Positions 48,057 through 58,485 of a stretch of 64,000 nucleotides of DNA are shown piece after piece. The number at the start of each line of letters is the position of its first letter. Position 1 is the stretch's first letter. The notes beneath the pieces are model-generated. The model was not told where the DNA came from. It saw only the letters and a list, made by a program, of their open reading frames with translations, and searched no databases. Made by a program: the position numbers and the translations under genes. This stretch comes from a virus. Location: the IMG/VR virus record IMGVR_UViG_3300030117_007876, positions 50,010 to 114,009 of that record. The stretch is one strand, 5' to 3'.

Positions 48057-49096
48057 ATTAAAGATTTAAAAATCATTTCATATTTTTTACATTGTAATTC
48101 TATGGTGTAATTATGTAAAGCGTTTTTTAAACAATCGTTTGGGTTTATTTCTTTATCTATATTATTCAAAGCAAAACTAAATTGTTGATAAGTAGAACAT
48201 CTAAAACCAGTATATCCTTGTTTAACTGTTTCTGTAAAACCTCCAAAGTCTGTTGTTATAGTTGGTGTGCCGGAAAACTGAGCTTCAATGACGGTCCAGT
48301 TGCAAGGTTCTGTAAAAAAACTAGGGGCCAATAAAAATTTAGCATTACTTAATAATTCTTTTCTTTTTTCTGGACCTACAAAACCTAAAAATTTACAATA
48401 TTTAGTATCTTTAAGTTTTAGTATATTAGGTCCTGCAAAATAAATTTCTTGCTGTGTTTTATTGCACATGTCATATGCAGCTTTAGCGCCCTTTGCTTCT
48501 GTAACTCTGCCCAAAAACAAAGCTGTATTTGATTTTTCTTTTTTGAATTCAAAGTCTTCTTTTTTAAACCCCGGAGGAACAACAAAAGCTTTATTGAATT
48601 GTATATTTAGTTTTGCTGCGCCGTGGAGTTTATGAAGCTGTGCGTAAGTTTCAAATATTTTTACATCTGCAAACATTGAATCATAACCTATACTTGGTTC
48701 TATAATTACAGCTTTATCATGAAAATATTTAACACAAGGTTGATGAGCGTACCCAAACCAGCACAATATAAATTCATTTTTTGATTTTAATCTTTTATTT
48801 AATTCTTCGATGCAATTTTTATTAAATGTTTTTACTGCTTCCGTTTCAACATTTTGATTAAAACCTTCTGTTTTCCAAGAATTTAAATCTTTATAGCTTT
48901 TTTTTAAAACTTCATTATCTGTGACCGTTATGTGTTCAGTGCATAAAACTTTAGAATCTTTATGCCCATAATGATAAACAGTATGACCTTTTTTGGTCAT
49001 TTCTTCACAAAATTTATAGACTTTTTGAACAAAGGCGCATAATGAAGTGTTTTTATCTGTAGCTGCATAAGGAACGCTAAGACAATGGAAAATCAT
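48047..49096 (-). CDS. Glycosyltransferase family 4 (GT-B)
   Basis: FLGRV..AKG, EP...VIEAQFSGTP.I.TD.GGF.E. Confidence 0.88.
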   Translation of the reverse strand: MIFHCLSVPYAATDKNTSLCAFVQKVYKFCEEMTKKGHTVYHYGHKDSKVLCTEHITVTDNEVLKKSYKDLNSWKTEGFNQNVETEAVKTFNKNCIEELNKRLKSKNEFILCWFGYAHQPCVKYFHDKAVIIEPSIGYDSMFADVKIFETYAQLHKLHGAAKLNIQFNKAFVVPPGFKKEDFEFKKEKSNTALFLGRVTEAKGAKAAYDMCNKTQQEIYFAGPNILKLKDTKYCKFLGFVGPEKRKELLSNAKFLLAPSFFTEPCNWTVIEAQFSGTPTITTDFGGFTETVKQGYTGFRCSTYQQFSFALNNIDKEINPNDCLKNALHNYTIELQCKKYEMIFKSLIQQ

Positions 49097-49124
49097 ACAT
49101 ATATAGTGTAATATATTTTACAAT

Positions 49125-49856
49125 ATGTCAACAAAAAAACGTAGGACGGCTAAAGAGACAATCAAGGAAGTTTTAGAAGATAATGTTTTTAGACAAGTTA
49201 AATTAAAAATAAAAAAATTCGAACTAACAAAAAAACAAAAAAATTTCGTAGAGTTAGCTTTTAATAGGGAGACTAAAATAATCTTTGTTAATGGTGTGGC
49301 AGGTTCATCCAAAACATTTTTATCTGTTTATTCTGCTCTTCATCTTCTAAATGCTAATCCAAAATATGAAATAAAATATATTAGAACCATTGCAGAAGCA
49401 GGAGAAAGAGGTTTGGGATCTCTGCCCGGAACTGTAGATGAAAAATTTAATCCATTCATGATGCCGTTGTACGATAAGTTGGATGAATTACTTCCTGTTA
49501 CTCAATCTAAGTATTTAGAAGACCAAGGGTATATCGAGGCGTTTCCTGTAAACTTCCTTAGAGGCGCTACATGGAATGATAAGGTGATTATAGCAGACGA
49601 GGCTCAAAACTACTCCACAAAGGAGCTTGTGACGCTTCTGACACGCATAGGAGAAGGAACTAAGATGTTTATATGTGGAGATTCGATGCAATCTGATATT
49701 GGAACTAAATCAGGTTTTACAAAAATTTATAATTTATTTAAAAGTCAAGAAAGTGAATCTAAAGGCATTCATTGTTTTGAGTTTGGTCAAGAGGATATAG
49801 TGAGAAGCGAGATTTTAAAATATATTGTAGAAGTATTTAAAGAACTAGATAAATAA
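49125..49856 (+). CDS. phoH: PhoH family ATPase
   Basis: GVAGSSKT, LGSLPG, FLRGAT, DEAQN, GD..QSD, DIVRS. Confidence 0.93.
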   Translation: MSTKKRRTAKETIKEVLEDNVFRQVKLKIKKFELTKKQKNFVELAFNRETKIIFVNGVAGSSKTFLSVYSALHLLNANPKYEIKYIRTIAEAGERGLGSLPGTVDEKFNPFMMPLYDKLDELLPVTQSKYLEDQGYIEAFPVNFLRGATWNDKVIIADEAQNYSTKELVTLLTRIGEGTKMFICGDSMQSDIGTKSGFTKIYNLFKSQESESKGIHCFEFGQEDIVRSEILKYIVEVFKELDK

Positions 49857-49878
49857 TAAATAAAATATATAATAAGAT

Positions 49879-50244
49879 ATGAGTAGCATATACTGTTCGC
49901 AATGCGGTAGCAAGCATCAAGCTGGAGCAAAATTTTGTTCTTCATGTGGCAACGCTTTGTCTGCTTTGTCGAGACAAGTAAACCAAGTGAATCAAATTGC
50001 TGATGTTGAAGTTCAAACTGAAGAAAGTTTTAGGAGGCCAAGAGGTTTAGCTTACGAAATAGATAGGGGTGGAAATAACGTTTATAAAGCAGAAGATATT
50101 TTCAATTCTAACCCTGTTGATGAAGGAAGTAAAATAAAAAGACCAATAGGCCAACAAACAAAAATGTCTGAACAAGAATTACTCTCAGAATCCTTAAAAG
50201 AATGCGCCCCTGTAAAAAATATAAAAGAAATTAATGAAACGTAA
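49879..50244 (+). CDS. Zinc-ribbon protein
   Basis: YCSQCG...AKFCSSCG. Confidence 0.75.
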   Translation: MSSIYCSQCGSKHQAGAKFCSSCGNALSALSRQVNQVNQIADVEVQTEESFRRPRGLAYEIDRGGNNVYKAEDIFNSNPVDEGSKIKRPIGQQTKMSEQELLSESLKECAPVKNIKEINET

Positions 50245-50947
50245 GGGGAAAAAATTTGAGGACATGTATGAAATAATTGACGACGTAATAAAAAAACGTA
50301 AATCTAAATGGCGTTTAAAAGCTATTACTTGGTTTGACTTTGAAGATATAGAGCAAATTATCAAATTGCATATATATAAAAAATGGCATTTGTGGGATCA
50401 GTCTCGCCCTATAGAACCTTGGGTTAATAGAATAGCTACAAATCAAATAAAAAATATTATAAGGAATAATTACACCTCTTTTGCTAAACCCTGTTTATCT
50501 TGCCCCTTTAATACAAGCAAAGGAATAGAAATAACTTTCGAAAATTCTTGTGGTTTTACAGCTAGTAAAATTCAATGCAATGAATGTCCTCTTTATGCTA
50601 AATGGGAAAAGCTGAAAAAACCAGCTTTTGATGTAAAAATGACTGTTAGCTTAGAAAATCATAAAAATTATTACATGTCATTTCAGTCTACTGCGGAGTG
50701 TGATTATAGAAAAGCGGAAAGCAGGCTACATGGATTAATGAAATCATGTTTAAGTGATAAACAGTTTTTTGTTTATAAAATGTTTTTTATTGATTGCTTG
50801 CATGACGATGAAATAGCTAAAATATTAAATTTTAAAACTAACGAAAAAGGTCGAAAGGCTGGATACAAACAAATCAAAAACTTAAAAAAAATGTTGTACC
50901 AAAAAGCTCAAAAATTGATGAAGGAAAATGATTTGTTTTCTGAGTAA
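50234..50947 (+). CDS. Phage sigma factor (ECF-like) with Cys-rich insertion
   Basis: Region 2 (EDIEQ...W..RIATN...N..R) and region 4 (LSDKQ..VY......EIAKIL). Confidence 0.7.
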   Translation: MKRKGKKFEDMYEIIDDVIKKRKSKWRLKAITWFDFEDIEQIIKLHIYKKWHLWDQSRPIEPWVNRIATNQIKNIIRNNYTSFAKPCLSCPFNTSKGIEITFENSCGFTASKIQCNECPLYAKWEKLKKPAFDVKMTVSLENHKNYYMSFQSTAECDYRKAESRLHGLMKSCLSDKQFFVYKMFFIDCLHDDEIAKILNFKTNEKGRKAGYKQIKNLKKMLYQKAQKLMKENDLFSE

Positions 50948-50949
50948 TT

Positions 50950-52020
50950 ATGTTAACAGAAGAAAATAAAATTTTTATAAATGAAAAAATAGAAAGCGGA
51001 TTAAATGATTATGTCGTCATAGCTAATCTGCTTTTTAAAAAAGAGAAGCTAACAGGTAGATCTAAGCAAGCAAAAATAGTTAGAGATTATCTCGTTGAAG
51101 CTGGAATGCTTGAAAAGAAGAAGCGTCAAAATTTTTCTCCAGTAAAAGAAAAGCTAACAGATAATCAAAAAGAATTTATTGAGCAGAATATAGAATCTGA
51201 GATGAGTCCAAAGCAGATCACAGAGCTTTTATTTAGTAGTAAATTTCAAGGCGCTCAAAATTCAAATATTTATGCTACATCAGAATATAGAGCTGTACAT
51301 AAATACATAAAAGAAAAACATCCCACTTTGTTGGTTGAGAATGAATCAGGTGTTAATCAGAAATACTCTGTTCCTCGATCTTTGAAAACTGTTCTTGGAA
51401 AAGTTAATAGATGGTGTGGGCAAAATATAAATGAAGAAAAAATGTCTTTGCAGCACAGAAAATGTTTAGAAAAATTATTAATTTATTTAAGTAGTCCAAG
51501 GTTCGTTGCTAACTATGATGCTTATTCTTCTGTTCCAGATAAAGATCTTTTTGAAGCTGAATTTGTAAGGTCTGTTTGGGATAAGCCTGACTTAACAATG
51601 GATGAAATTAATTTGTATATAAATGTTTGTATGGATTACATAAATTTGCGTCAGATAGATATTAAAAAAAATAAAGTTAATCAAATGTTTAGCGAAACGC
51701 AAGAGCAAAATGATTTAACAATTCGTTTAACTGAAATTTTAAAAACAATTAGTGAAGAATATAATCAGTGCGCAAGACGCATTGATCAGAGTATACAAAA
51801 GTTAAACGGGGAAAGAGCGAAGAGGGTAGAAAAGCATCATCAGAAAAACGCATCTATTTTAAATCTTGTAGAACTTTTTCAAGATGAAAAAGAAAGAAGC
51901 ATGATGATTCAAATAGCTGAAATGCAAAAACAAGCGATAGAAGAAGAAGCTGATAAGTTAGAGAATATGTCTTCTTGGAAAGCGAGAATATTAGGCATAT
52001 CAAAAGAAGATGCAATATGA
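50950..52020 (+). CDS. Conserved hypothetical protein (possible terminase small subunit)
   Basis: HTH-like N-part, coiled-coil C-part, position before terminase. Confidence 0.65.
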   Translation: MLTEENKIFINEKIESGLNDYVVIANLLFKKEKLTGRSKQAKIVRDYLVEAGMLEKKKRQNFSPVKEKLTDNQKEFIEQNIESEMSPKQITELLFSSKFQGAQNSNIYATSEYRAVHKYIKEKHPTLLVENESGVNQKYSVPRSLKTVLGKVNRWCGQNINEEKMSLQHRKCLEKLLIYLSSPRFVANYDAYSSVPDKDLFEAEFVRSVWDKPDLTMDEINLYINVCMDYINLRQIDIKKNKVNQMFSETQEQNDLTIRLTEILKTISEEYNQCARRIDQSIQKLNGERAKRVEKHHQKNASILNLVELFQDEKERSMMIQIAEMQKQAIEEEADKLENMSSWKARILGISKEDAI

Positions 52021-52940
52021 TAAAATGCAAGATATGTAATCAAGAATTTGAAACTGATAAAGCTCTACACGCTCACATTAAAAAACACGGAATTTATCAA
52101 GCAGAATATTATTGCACTCATTATCCTAGATTTTCTTTATTTCATAAAAAGAAGATACCATTTATAAATAAGAAAGATTACTTCTCAAAAGAATTTTTAG
52201 ATATAGATGAGTTTTTGTTGTGGGAGCAGAATTCTAATCCTGAAGATGTAAGAAAAAAATGCGTAGAACTTTTAGAGAAAAGAGTGAAGCAGAAAAAATA
52301 TCTTTACGCACCCTCTCACAATGAATTAAAAACGCTTAATTTGCCTCCTATTAATATATTAAAAAAACATTTTAAATCTTATACTAAAGCATGTAAAGCT
52401 ATTGGTTTAGAGCCGCTCTTAAATAAGCCAATGCCTAAAGATTTTACCGCTTTAGAAGAAGTTGATGATTTAGAAATGTTGGTTGATACTAGAGAGCAAG
52501 ATCCTCTGCCTTTTAAGAAAACAAAAATAGAAAAACTTTATGTAGGAGATTATTTAATCAAAGGAAAAGAGTATACTTACACTTATGTTGATAGAAAAAG
52601 CGAATCAGATTTTTTAGGAACAATGAGTGGGGGTATTTCTAGATTTAAAAAAGAATTAGAAAAAGCTGTAGCTTTAGAGTCTTATTTGTTTGTTGTTACT
52701 GAGAGCAGCATAGACAGTATTAAAAAAAATCAAAGTAGATTCAGAAGAAAAATAAATTTAGAATATATATTTCATAACATGAGGGATTTAATGCATGAAT
52801 ACCCTAGAAAGATACAATTTGTTTTTACTGGTAGTAGAGAAAAATCTTTAAAACTAATCCCTCTTTTACTTTATCATGGAAAAAAATTATGGGATGTAGA
52901 TGTGCAATATTATTTAGATCATGAGTTGGGAAACAGGTAA
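52017..52940 (+). CDS. C2H2 zinc finger plus ERCC4/XPF nuclease domain protein
   Basis: CKIC...H...H; VDTREQ, GDY, DRKS..D. Confidence 0.8.
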   Translation: MIKCKICNQEFETDKALHAHIKKHGIYQAEYYCTHYPRFSLFHKKKIPFINKKDYFSKEFLDIDEFLLWEQNSNPEDVRKKCVELLEKRVKQKKYLYAPSHNELKTLNLPPINILKKHFKSYTKACKAIGLEPLLNKPMPKDFTALEEVDDLEMLVDTREQDPLPFKKTKIEKLYVGDYLIKGKEYTYTYVDRKSESDFLGTMSGGISRFKKELEKAVALESYLFVVTESSIDSIKKNQSRFRRKINLEYIFHNMRDLMHEYPRKIQFVFTGSREKSLKLIPLLLYHGKKLWDVDVQYYLDHELGNR

Positions 52941-54786
52941 TCAAAAAAATAGAAAAAAAGAATTCATATCGAATGAAGACTTATTGAAAAAGAAAGGCTT
53001 TTTAGAGGAAAAAGAAGCTAAGTTATTGTTTTATGAATTTTTAAGGAATAATGTAACATTTGCTACTGATTTGATAACTGGTGTGCAGCTATTTCCTTTT
53101 CAGCATATGGCTATTAAAAGCATGTTGGAAAGTGATTACTTTTTAGGTGTGTGGTCTCGCGGCATGAGTAAAAGTTATACAACAGGTATTTATGCTGTAC
53201 TAGATGCAATACTGAATCAAGGCGTAGAAACAGGAATTCTTTCTAGATCATTTCGTCAGTCAAAAATGATTTTTAAAAAGATAGAAGATATAGCTGCAAA
53301 ACCAGAGGCTTATTTACTAAAACAATGTATTACTCATGTTTCGAAAAGTAATGATGAATGGGTAATGGAAATAGGAAAAAGTAGAATTCGTGCTTTACCT
53401 TTAGGTGATGGTGAAAAGCTGCGTGGATTTCGTTTTCATCGCATTATTATTGATGAGTTCTTGCTTATGCCAGAACGTATTTATAATGAAGTTATAGTGC
53501 CGTTTTTATCTGTTGTTCAAAACCCTACACAAAGAGAAGAGTTGTATCAAGTAGAAAATAAGTTAATTGAACAAGGAAAGCTTTCTGAAGAAGATAGACA
53601 TCAATGGCCCAATAATAAATTAATAGCTCTTTCATCTGCATCTTTTAAATTTGAATATTTATACAAACTATACGAGCAATATGAAAATTTAATTTTTAAT
53701 CCCAAAAATAAAGAAAGAACAAGGCGATGTGTTATGCAATTTAGTTATGATTGCGCTCCTGTTCAGCTCTATGATCAAAATCTTATTAATCAGGCAAAGG
53801 CGACAATGAGTGAGTCGCAGTTTATGAGGGAATTTGGGGCTCAATTTACTGATGACAGTTCTGGATATTTTAAAATTTCTAAAATGGCTTTATGCACTGT
53901 TCCTGACGGTGAAATGCCTTCTACAGAAGTAGTGGGAAGACCAGATGATGAATATATAGTCGCTGTTGATCCATCTTGGTCGGAAACAGAATCTTCAGAT
54001 GATTTTGCTATTCAAGTTTTAAAATTAAATGAAGAAAAAAGAATTTGCACTTTGGTTCACTCTTATGCTTTATCTGGCTCTTCGCTGAAAGAGCATATAA
54101 AATATCTTTTATATATATTACAAAACTTTAACGTTGTGGCTGTTTGCATGGATTACAACGGTGGCGTTCAATTTATGAATTCATGCAATGAAAGTGAATT
54201 ATTTAAAGATGCTAATATTGATCTTAAACAAATGACTACAGAATTTGAAAAGCCAGAAGATTATGCTCAAAATTTAATAGCTGCAAAAAATGAATACAAT
54301 AAATCTAGTTGTAAATACGTATTTTTAAGAAAACCAACTTCTAGTTGGATTAGGGTCGCTAATGAATTATTACAAGCTAATTTTGATCATAGACGTATAT
54401 TTTTTGGAAGCAGAGCTATAGACAATAACTTTAGATCTCAAACCAAAAAGAAAATAAATATTTTAAATATAAAATTCTCTAATATGGCAGATTCTGATAA
54501 ACAAAATGAAGAAGCTAAAATGATAGATTTTGTTGAACATTTGTCAGATATGATACTTTTGACAAAAACAGAGTGCGCTTTGATACAAATAACTACTACG
54601 TCTCAAGGTACGCAGAGTTTCGATTTACCTCCTAACTTAAAAAGAAAAACAGGGCCTGATAAACCAAGAAAAGACAGTTATTCTGCATTAGTTTTAGGAA
54701 ATTGGTTGGTAAAAGTATATTATGATATGAAACATACAGAAGTAGAAGCTGTTCAGGAAACTTTTACTCCTATGTTTATAAATTAA
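52921..54786 (+). CDS. Terminase large subunit
   Basis: SRGMSKS, LRGFR..IIIDE, SSA, AVDP, RKD.YSA. Confidence 0.9.
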   Translation: MSWETGNQKNRKKEFISNEDLLKKKGFLEEKEAKLLFYEFLRNNVTFATDLITGVQLFPFQHMAIKSMLESDYFLGVWSRGMSKSYTTGIYAVLDAILNQGVETGILSRSFRQSKMIFKKIEDIAAKPEAYLLKQCITHVSKSNDEWVMEIGKSRIRALPLGDGEKLRGFRFHRIIIDEFLLMPERIYNEVIVPFLSVVQNPTQREELYQVENKLIEQGKLSEEDRHQWPNNKLIALSSASFKFEYLYKLYEQYENLIFNPKNKERTRRCVMQFSYDCAPVQLYDQNLINQAKATMSESQFMREFGAQFTDDSSGYFKISKMALCTVPDGEMPSTEVVGRPDDEYIVAVDPSWSETESSDDFAIQVLKLNEEKRICTLVHSYALSGSSLKEHIKYLLYILQNFNVVAVCMDYNGGVQFMNSCNESELFKDANIDLKQMTTEFEKPEDYAQNLIAAKNEYNKSSCKYVFLRKPTSSWIRVANELLQANFDHRRIFFGSRAIDNNFRSQTKKKINILNIKFSNMADSDKQNEEAKMIDFVEHLSDMILLTKTECALIQITTTSQGTQSFDLPPNLKRKTGPDKPRKDSYSALVLGNWLVKVYYDMKHTEVEAVQETFTPMFIN

Positions 54787-54836
54787 AAGTTTAAAAGTCA
54801 CTTCAAAAGTAACTTTGTGTAATTACTATATGTAAT

Positions 54837-56873
54837 ATGACTCGCAAGTATACAAAAAAATCAGATTATTGGAACAAGTTTTCTAAAGGAACTAGCGACA
54901 AAAACGCTTCTTTAGAGGATTTAATTAAAAATGAGTCTTCAGAGCCTCAAATTATAGGAGACCCTTTTTATGATTTTGACTCTTCTGCATCTTATTCTAG
55001 AACAGGGGGTGATTCTACCACTGGCACAAGAAGAAATAGAATATCCGTAAAGCCGAAGATTTATAAATATGCAAACATCAGAGAAGGCTTACTGCCTTTC
55101 GAGATGTCAATCAATGGATATAATGTTAGAGACGCTATTGAGTTGTGTCAAAAAGCTTATGCCAATGTAGCTATTTTTAGAAATGCTGTAGACATAATGT
55201 CAGAATTTTCTAATGCTGAAATAGTATTAGAAGGTGGTAGTCAAAAATCAAGAGATTTTTTCACTAAATGGATGAAATACGTAAAGATGTGGAGAGTGAA
55301 GGATCAGTATTTCAGAGAATATTACAGAAGTGGAAACATATTTTTTTACAAAATAAATGCTAAGTTTCAGTTGAATGATTTTCAGAGAATATTGCAAAGC
55401 TATGCAAATAACGATGAATTAAATTATAAAAATACAGAAAAGATATTTAAGTATCCTACCTCTTATGATGTAAAAAATTCTATACCTGTACAATATACTT
55501 TATTAAATCCTTTTTACTTGACAGTTAAAAGAACAAGTTCTTGGAAACAAGTTGTTTATGAAAAAATACTTTCTGAATATGAATTGGAAAGATTGCAGAA
55601 CCCCAAAAATGATCATGATAAAATGATCTACGATAATTTAGATTCGGAAACTCAAGACAAAATTAAAAATGGGCAGTGGTCTCAAGATGGTTTAAAAATA
55701 CAATTAAACCCTACTGATGTTATTTATTCTTTTTATAAGAAACAAGATTATGAGCCATTTGCTGTGCCGTTTGGTTTTGCTGTTTTAGATGATATTAATT
55801 TTAAGTTAGAAATGAAAAAGATAGATCAAGCGATCTGTCGAACAATTGAAAATGTTATTCTTCTGATCACTTTAGGAACAGAACCTTCAAAAGGCGGCAT
55901 AAATCATAAAAACATATCTGCGATGCAGTCTTTATTGAGTAATCAATCTGTTGGTCGTGTGCTTGTTGCAGATTATACAACAAAAGCTGATTTTATCATT
56001 CCTGATATGAATAAAGTATTAGGGTATGAAAAATATAAAATTGTTAATGAAGATATAAAAGAAGGTTTGCAGAATATCTTAATTGGTTCTGAGAAGTTTG
56101 CTAACACAACAATAAAAGCGCAAGTATTTTTTGAAAGATTGAAAGAGGCAAGAAACGCTTTCTTAAATGATTTTATGCAGCCAGAAATGGAACTTATATT
56201 CAAGAATTTAGGTTTCAAGGGTCGTTGTCCAGTTGCTAAATTTGAAGAAGTTTCAATTAAAGATGAAACTCAATTTAATAGAGTCGTGACTAGAATGATG
56301 GAGCTAGGGATTTTACCTCCTGAAGAAGGTATTAAAGTTATTGAAACAGGAATTTACCCCACAACTCAAGAATTAGAAGCTGCTCAAGAAAAATTTGTAG
56401 AGCAAAGAAAGAAGGGTTTTTATAATCCGATTGTCGGTGGCGTTCCTACAATAGCTCCTGCTGATGGTGATGATGATGAAGAATTAGAAAAGCCAGAGCA
56501 GCCTAAACAAAATAAAGTTCCAAATGAAAGAGGGAGACCTGTAGGTGCTGTAGCATCTGTTTACTCTAAAGAAGATATAGCGCAAGTTTTTGATTTAACT
56601 AAAGACTTATATAGCAATGTTCAAGGTTTACTAAAAAATAAGTATAATAAAAAACGTTTAAACAAAGATCAGAAAAAATTAGCCGAAAATATAAGTGAGG
56701 CTATAATTGTAGGCTCTGAAAATAAAAATTGGAGTCAAGTTGCTGAGAAAGTTATTTCTGATCCTAGCGTTTTAGATAAAATGGGCATATTGAAAAAAGT
56801 TCAAGATTTAGCTTCGGAGCATGATTTAAACATTTATGCAGCCGCTCTATTATATCACAGCGCTAATAAATAA
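54837..56873 (+). CDS. Portal protein
   Basis: Size, position after terminase, helical content, GRP tail. Confidence 0.8.
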   Translation: MTRKYTKKSDYWNKFSKGTSDKNASLEDLIKNESSEPQIIGDPFYDFDSSASYSRTGGDSTTGTRRNRISVKPKIYKYANIREGLLPFEMSINGYNVRDAIELCQKAYANVAIFRNAVDIMSEFSNAEIVLEGGSQKSRDFFTKWMKYVKMWRVKDQYFREYYRSGNIFFYKINAKFQLNDFQRILQSYANNDELNYKNTEKIFKYPTSYDVKNSIPVQYTLLNPFYLTVKRTSSWKQVVYEKILSEYELERLQNPKNDHDKMIYDNLDSETQDKIKNGQWSQDGLKIQLNPTDVIYSFYKKQDYEPFAVPFGFAVLDDINFKLEMKKIDQAICRTIENVILLITLGTEPSKGGINHKNISAMQSLLSNQSVGRVLVADYTTKADFIIPDMNKVLGYEKYKIVNEDIKEGLQNILIGSEKFANTTIKAQVFFERLKEARNAFLNDFMQPEMELIFKNLGFKGRCPVAKFEEVSIKDETQFNRVVTRMMELGILPPEEGIKVIETGIYPTTQELEAAQEKFVEQRKKGFYNPIVGGVPTIAPADGDDDEELEKPEQPKQNKVPNERGRPVGAVASVYSKEDIAQVFDLTKDLYSNVQGLLKNKYNKKRLNKDQKKLAENISEAIIVGSENKNWSQVAEKVISDPSVLDKMGILKKVQDLASEHDLNIYAAALLYHSANK

Positions 56874-56887
56874 GTGTAATAAATATT

Positions 56888-58480
56888 ATGTTTCAATACA
56901 AAACAAGGTTTGACAATGTTGTCACCGCATCACTGAACTTCGATAATAATGTTCTGTTATCGCAAGCTTCTTTGGAGCCTTTAAAAGGCTTAATGCCTGA
57001 TTCTGTAAATTTAGAGAAAAATGTTGATTTAGTTGGTGCAGCTTTTAACGCTGCCGTTGTTAACAAGTTTAATAAAAATGGCGATGGTATTGATACAAAC
57101 ACAGCTATCGCTTTTAAGAAATATTTTATTCATAAACCTACTAACATAGAACATAAAAAACAAAAAGTAGTGGGACACATTGTGAATTCAGGTTTTTCTT
57201 CTTATGAAAATAATAAAGTTTTAAGCGATGCTGAAGTAGGCGGTTCATTAAATCCATTCAATATAGCTTTAGCAGCAGTTGTTTATAAAACAGTTGATAG
57301 AGAGTTTGCTGATGCTTTAGTTGAATCTAATGAATCAACATCAAATTTATACGAAAAAATAAGTGCAAGTTGGGAGATTGGTTTCAATGATTATTTTGTT
57401 GCTGTGGGTAGTGAAGACCTTAAAGAGGCTGATATTATCACAGATAAAAAACAAATAGAAGAATTTAAAAAATACATGAAGGGTTTTAGTGGTAACGGTT
57501 TCATGAATGATGGAACTCCAGTTTACAGATTAGTTACCGGTAGAATTTATCCTTTAGGAATAGGGTTTACTACAAATCCAGCTGCAGATGTAGAAGGTGT
57601 GATAGTAGACGATGGAAAAAATAATAACATTCAACAAGAAAGTGACGCTATAAAAGACGTAGAATCTATACACGTTAATAGTTTAGAGTTACTTAAAATA
57701 AATAATAATTTTTCACAAAATAAAAAATCCCCTGTAAAAATAAACAAAAATAATATTATGGATCTAGAACAAATATTAACAGAATTAAAGACGGTTCTGG
57801 CTGAAAAGCGAGACACCGATACATTCAGCGACGAAGCTGTTGCGAACATTTCGCAAAAAATCGCTGAAAGCATCAAAGAAAAGAGCGATGAGATTCAAGC
57901 TAAGATTTCCGCTGCTGAAGAAGCCAAATTAGAGGCTGTTGCAGAAGCAGATCAACTTAAGAAGGATCTTGTGTCTAATAGCGAAAAGCTAGACGAAGCT
58001 CTTTCTAAAATTAACGAACTTGAATCAACATTATCTGCTCAAGCTGCACAAGAATTATTTAATTCTAGAATGAGTCTTCTAGATGCAGATTACGGTTTCG
58101 AAGATGCTGATAGAAAGATTCTATCAGACGAATTAAAAGGTTTAGACAGCTCTGATGAAGCTTTTGCTTCTTTCCAAGAGAAAGTAAGCGTTTTATATCG
58201 CCACAAAAGCAACGCTTTCAAAGAAGAGCAAGAAAAGATTTTCCAAGAAAAATTAGAGGCTGAATTAGCAAAAAGAATTCAAAAAGTCGAAGAAGTAGAA
58301 ACATCTGAAGCTTCCGTTAAAGAAGAAGAAAATGTTGAAGTTGAAACTGCTTTAGCGAATTCAGAAACTGAAGAAGCTTCTATTCCAGCTCAAAATATTG
58401 AGCCTACAGAGCAAGAACTTTCTTGGAAAGAAAAATTAGGTAAGGCTTTTTCTAAAGAAAATATAACAATTAACTTCTAA
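56888..58480 (+). CDS. Prohead protease / scaffold fusion
   Basis: NKNGD, NIEH..VGHI, SASWE, NPAAD, then acidic coiled coil. Confidence 0.8.
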   Translation: MFQYKTRFDNVVTASLNFDNNVLLSQASLEPLKGLMPDSVNLEKNVDLVGAAFNAAVVNKFNKNGDGIDTNTAIAFKKYFIHKPTNIEHKKQKVVGHIVNSGFSSYENNKVLSDAEVGGSLNPFNIALAAVVYKTVDREFADALVESNESTSNLYEKISASWEIGFNDYFVAVGSEDLKEADIITDKKQIEEFKKYMKGFSGNGFMNDGTPVYRLVTGRIYPLGIGFTTNPAADVEGVIVDDGKNNNIQQESDAIKDVESIHVNSLELLKINNNFSQNKKSPVKINKNNIMDLEQILTELKTVLAEKRDTDTFSDEAVANISQKIAESIKEKSDEIQAKISAAEEAKLEAVAEADQLKKDLVSNSEKLDEALSKINELESTLSAQAAQELFNSRMSLLDADYGFEDADRKILSDELKGLDSSDEAFASFQEKVSVLYRHKSNAFKEEQEKIFQEKLEAELAKRIQKVEEVETSEASVKEEENVEVETALANSETEEASIPAQNIEPTEQELSWKEKLGKAFSKENITINF

Positions 58481-58485
58481 AGGTT

